A DNA stretch of 24,174 bases, taken from Octopus sinensis. Its lineage: Eukaryota. Under the pieces are notes generated by a model. It had not been told where the DNA came from. It saw only the letters and a list, made by a program, of their open reading frames with translations, and did not search any database. The DNA is taken from the NCBI RefSeq assembly GCF_006345805.1, contig NW_021836632.1:1-24174 (forward strand). The letters run 5' to 3'. Positions 21,551 to 24,174 of the stretch are shown here, piece by piece. Made by a program: the position numbers and the translations under genes. The first letter of the stretch is position 1; each line of letters starts with the position of its first letter.

Positions 21551-21700
21551 CGACAGGCTTCTTTCAGTTTCTGTATATGAAATCCACTCACAACATTTTG
21601 GTCGGTCGATGGCTATACAGTACAAGAAACATGCCAAGGGTCTGCAACCGGAATTATGTGGTTGGGAATGAAGCTTCTTACCGCACTACCATACCTGCGC
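21551..21700 (-). mobile_element. SINE family C, 5' part, running into a (TG)n tract on its own strand
   Basis: Minus strand gcgcaggtatggtagtgcggtaagaagcttcattcccaaccacataattccgg...gtgagtggatttc...gaaactgaaagaagcc, homologous to 8784-8934. Confidence 0.75.
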
Positions 21701-22180
21701 GATGGGAAACATATTTTTAGACAATGCCATATACTAAACGATACTTAAATTAAGGAAGTTTCAAACGCTGTTTCCAATCGTATACTTAATTTAAATTAGC
21801 GGCGTGGTGCCGAGCTTGTAAGATATATTATGTATGAATACCAGTGAAGAAAATGAGATTTGCCTTAAATTGTAACCTACCGAGTGTTGACTTACCATGT
21901 TACGGTTTCGTGAGTATACCGTAATCAGCAACAATGTATAATATTAATAGAAACGTCTTCAAATATTTTCGCTGCAATATCATTAGGTGTTTCCTGGAGC
22001 TATGAAACACTCTTGTTACAGTCTTCTGTACGATGCATACATAAAAGTGCACTTACGATCACAAACAGACATATGCACATATGTGCAGAAACGCACACTG
22101 TTACACTTAATAAAGCGCACATATTCATGTATATATATGGGTGTGTGAAATCTAGGTTCGTTAGTGTGTATGTGCGTGTC

Positions 22181-22212
<32 letters not shown>

Positions 22213-22375
22213 TGTGTGTTTAAGTGTACGGGTATATTTATACACACAATTATACATACATCTGTACAGGCATATATATGTAGAAAGAGGGAGAGAGAAA
22301 GAAAGACGGAAGGGAAATAGCACATGGATATAAATTAATATCTACATAGCTAGAGAGATAGTTGATAGATAGATA

Positions 22376-22764
22376 GTGGAGGCGCAATGGACCAGTGGTT
22401 AGGGCAACGGACTCGCGGTCATAGGATCGCGGTTTCGATTCCCAGACCGGGCGTTGTGAGTGTTTATTGAGCGAAAGCACCTAAAAGCTCTACGAGGCTC
22501 CGGCACGAGATGGTGGTGATCCCTGCTGTACTCTTTCACCACAACTTTCTCTCACTCTTACTTCCTGTTTCTGCTTGTACCTGTATTTCAAGGGGCCGGC
22601 CTTGCCGCTCTCTGTGTCACGCTGAATATCCCCGAGAACTACGTTAGGGTACACGTGTCTGTGGAGTGCTCAGCCACTTACACGTTAGTTTCACGAGCAG
22701 GCTGTTCCGTTGATTCGGATCAACCGGAACCCTCATCGTCGTAACCGACGGAGTGCTTCCATCC
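22376..22764 (+). mobile_element. SINE family B (second subtype), full length
   Basis: tRNA(Arg)-like head ggaggcgcaatggaccagtggttagggcaacggactcgcggtcataggatcgcggtttcgattccc; tail cgtcgtaaccgacggagtgcttccatcc; (GATA)n on both flanks. Confidence 0.9.
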
Positions 22765-22788
22765 AGATAGATAGATAGATAGATAGAC

Positions 22789-22848
<60 letters not shown>

Positions 22849-22863
22849 GACAGTAGATAGATG

Positions 22864-22938
<75 letters not shown>

Positions 22939-22980
22939 GGATAGATAGATAGATGGATAGATAGATGCATACATGCATGC
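22765..22980. repeat. (GATA)n microsatellite
   Basis: Directly visible. Confidence 0.95.
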
Positions 22981-22985
22981 ATATA

Positions 22986-23395
22986 TGAGAGGGTGCTGAA
23001 AAGTTACTGGCTATTGGTAAAAACAAAACATGTTTGTATGCATATATGTCTATGTATACATGTTTTATATATACACATACACACAGATATATCTATGAAT
23101 ATATGTATATATATATATGTGTGTGTGTATATATATATGTATGTATGTATACATACATATATGTATATGTACATACATATATGTATGTATATATATGTGG
23201 TGTATGTGTCTGTGTTTGTGTGTAAAACAAAATACAAGAAGTTAAGTTAATCATGATTTATTCACAATATTTTCCTCTCCCATTCACCCACATATTGCAG
23301 CGATCCTTCAGTTTTTCTAAGCCCTGTAAAATGATACAGAAATGTGGACCTCGAGTCATAACTTTAAAGCCAGGAGCTTCTTCAGAACACCATCG
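22986..23395. mobile_element. Mariner-type MITE (degenerate ~28-bp TIRs), interrupted by a simple-repeat insert at 23029-23221
   Basis: Left TIR tgagagggtgctgaaaagttactggct follows TA (22984-22985); the right TIR reverse-complements to cgatggtgttctgaagaagctcctggct and is followed by TG (mutated TA). The YGAGGGTG..GAAAAGT start is mariner-like. Confidence 0.7.
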
Positions 23396-24174
23396 TGTAC
23401 ATAGATACACATGGTGGTTGTCAATGCGTAAACTTGTACGATACAAATTATCTTATCCTAGAGGTTAAATACAAATTCTATCAGCAAACCCCGTGCTGAA
23501 ATTTAAAATAAGTAACAGCTTGCGCAAAACCGCTAAGATTCTCGCCTACAAAGTTAATTAGTCTAGAAACAAACAAGAGAAAGCCCTCGGATTTTGCATT
23601 AAAACGGGTGTTATTTCAAAATTGGCTCTTTTCAGGAAGATGTCATAAGAAAGACAACGTGTTTCCCACTACCAGCCGTGCGATAGCCGTTGATTCTAAT
23701 GAGTTCTTCTGCCTCTGAACAAGTTTTGTTTTTCGTCCTACAAAGTGTCCAACGAAACTACCTTCATTGGTACGGAGACTATACTGTTTGCCGGTTGGTT
23801 ACCGTGGCCTCGACCATGCAAAATGTTCATTCAATATGTCACCGAAAAATCATATCCATCTTACAACGTTTGTGAAATATACTGATTATTTCCTATGCCG
23901 CGTCTCTTAAACAGAAAACTGATTGTAAGATAATACAAAGTTGTACACGTTAGTAAGTAGTATGCGTAACGCAGATGTTCAATCGCCTCCACTGCATTAA
24001 ATTTAAATTAATGGCACGTATGGGAGCAACTGTCTTCGAAGACTCATATTGTCGTTCAATGCTCCAAATGAGTAGATAGACAGCCGACAATTGACAAAGG
24101 GGCGTCCTTATATTTAACTTGTCCTGTTCTCCATTTGTTTCTCTTGTTGTTGGCGTAATGAATTCATTTGCTTT

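Noticed and set aside
380-23250. Dozens of track ORFs rich in IY/YI, TH/HT, CV/VC, LSIY, poly-L or poly-Y
   Set aside because: They are translations of (TA)n, (CA)n, (TCTA)n and (ATT)n microsatellites, which lack stops in some frames; no coding evidence.
23420-23900. Non-repetitive stretch next to the MITE as a mariner transposase remnant
   Set aside because: No WVPHEL, YSPDLAP or DD34D motif found in the frames I translated.

Overview
Repeat-rich, AT-rich eukaryotic non-coding DNA. The microsatellite density and the tRNA-derived SINE families look like octopus (coleoid cephalopod) DNA; that assignment is an inference from recalled repeat families, not a database hit. I find no intact protein-coding gene, and almost all ORFs in the supplied track are translations of microsatellites. 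The window holds at least 12 copies or units of one tRNA-derived SINE family (A), 4 of a second (B) and 2 of a third (C). It also holds a pseudogenised Helitron Pif1-like helicase C-terminus (7194-7675, minus), a separate Helitron 3' terminus (hairpin + CTAG, 4188-4215), a mariner-type MITE, an unclassified repeat in two copies, a ~270-bp dispersed duplication and a ~1-kb tandem duplication. The most notable items are: (i) a 351-bp near-loopless inverted repeat whose two arms each carry a degenerate hammerhead ribozyme of the Penelope-associated type, with complementary lesions; (ii) a third, minimal hammerhead at 18259-18296; (iii) three SINEs stacked at one target site, separated by reiterated target-site duplications; (iv) recurrent SINE 3' junctions at a GGTA motif. 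These are extensions of known retroelement biology. I cannot support a claim of a wholly new system.
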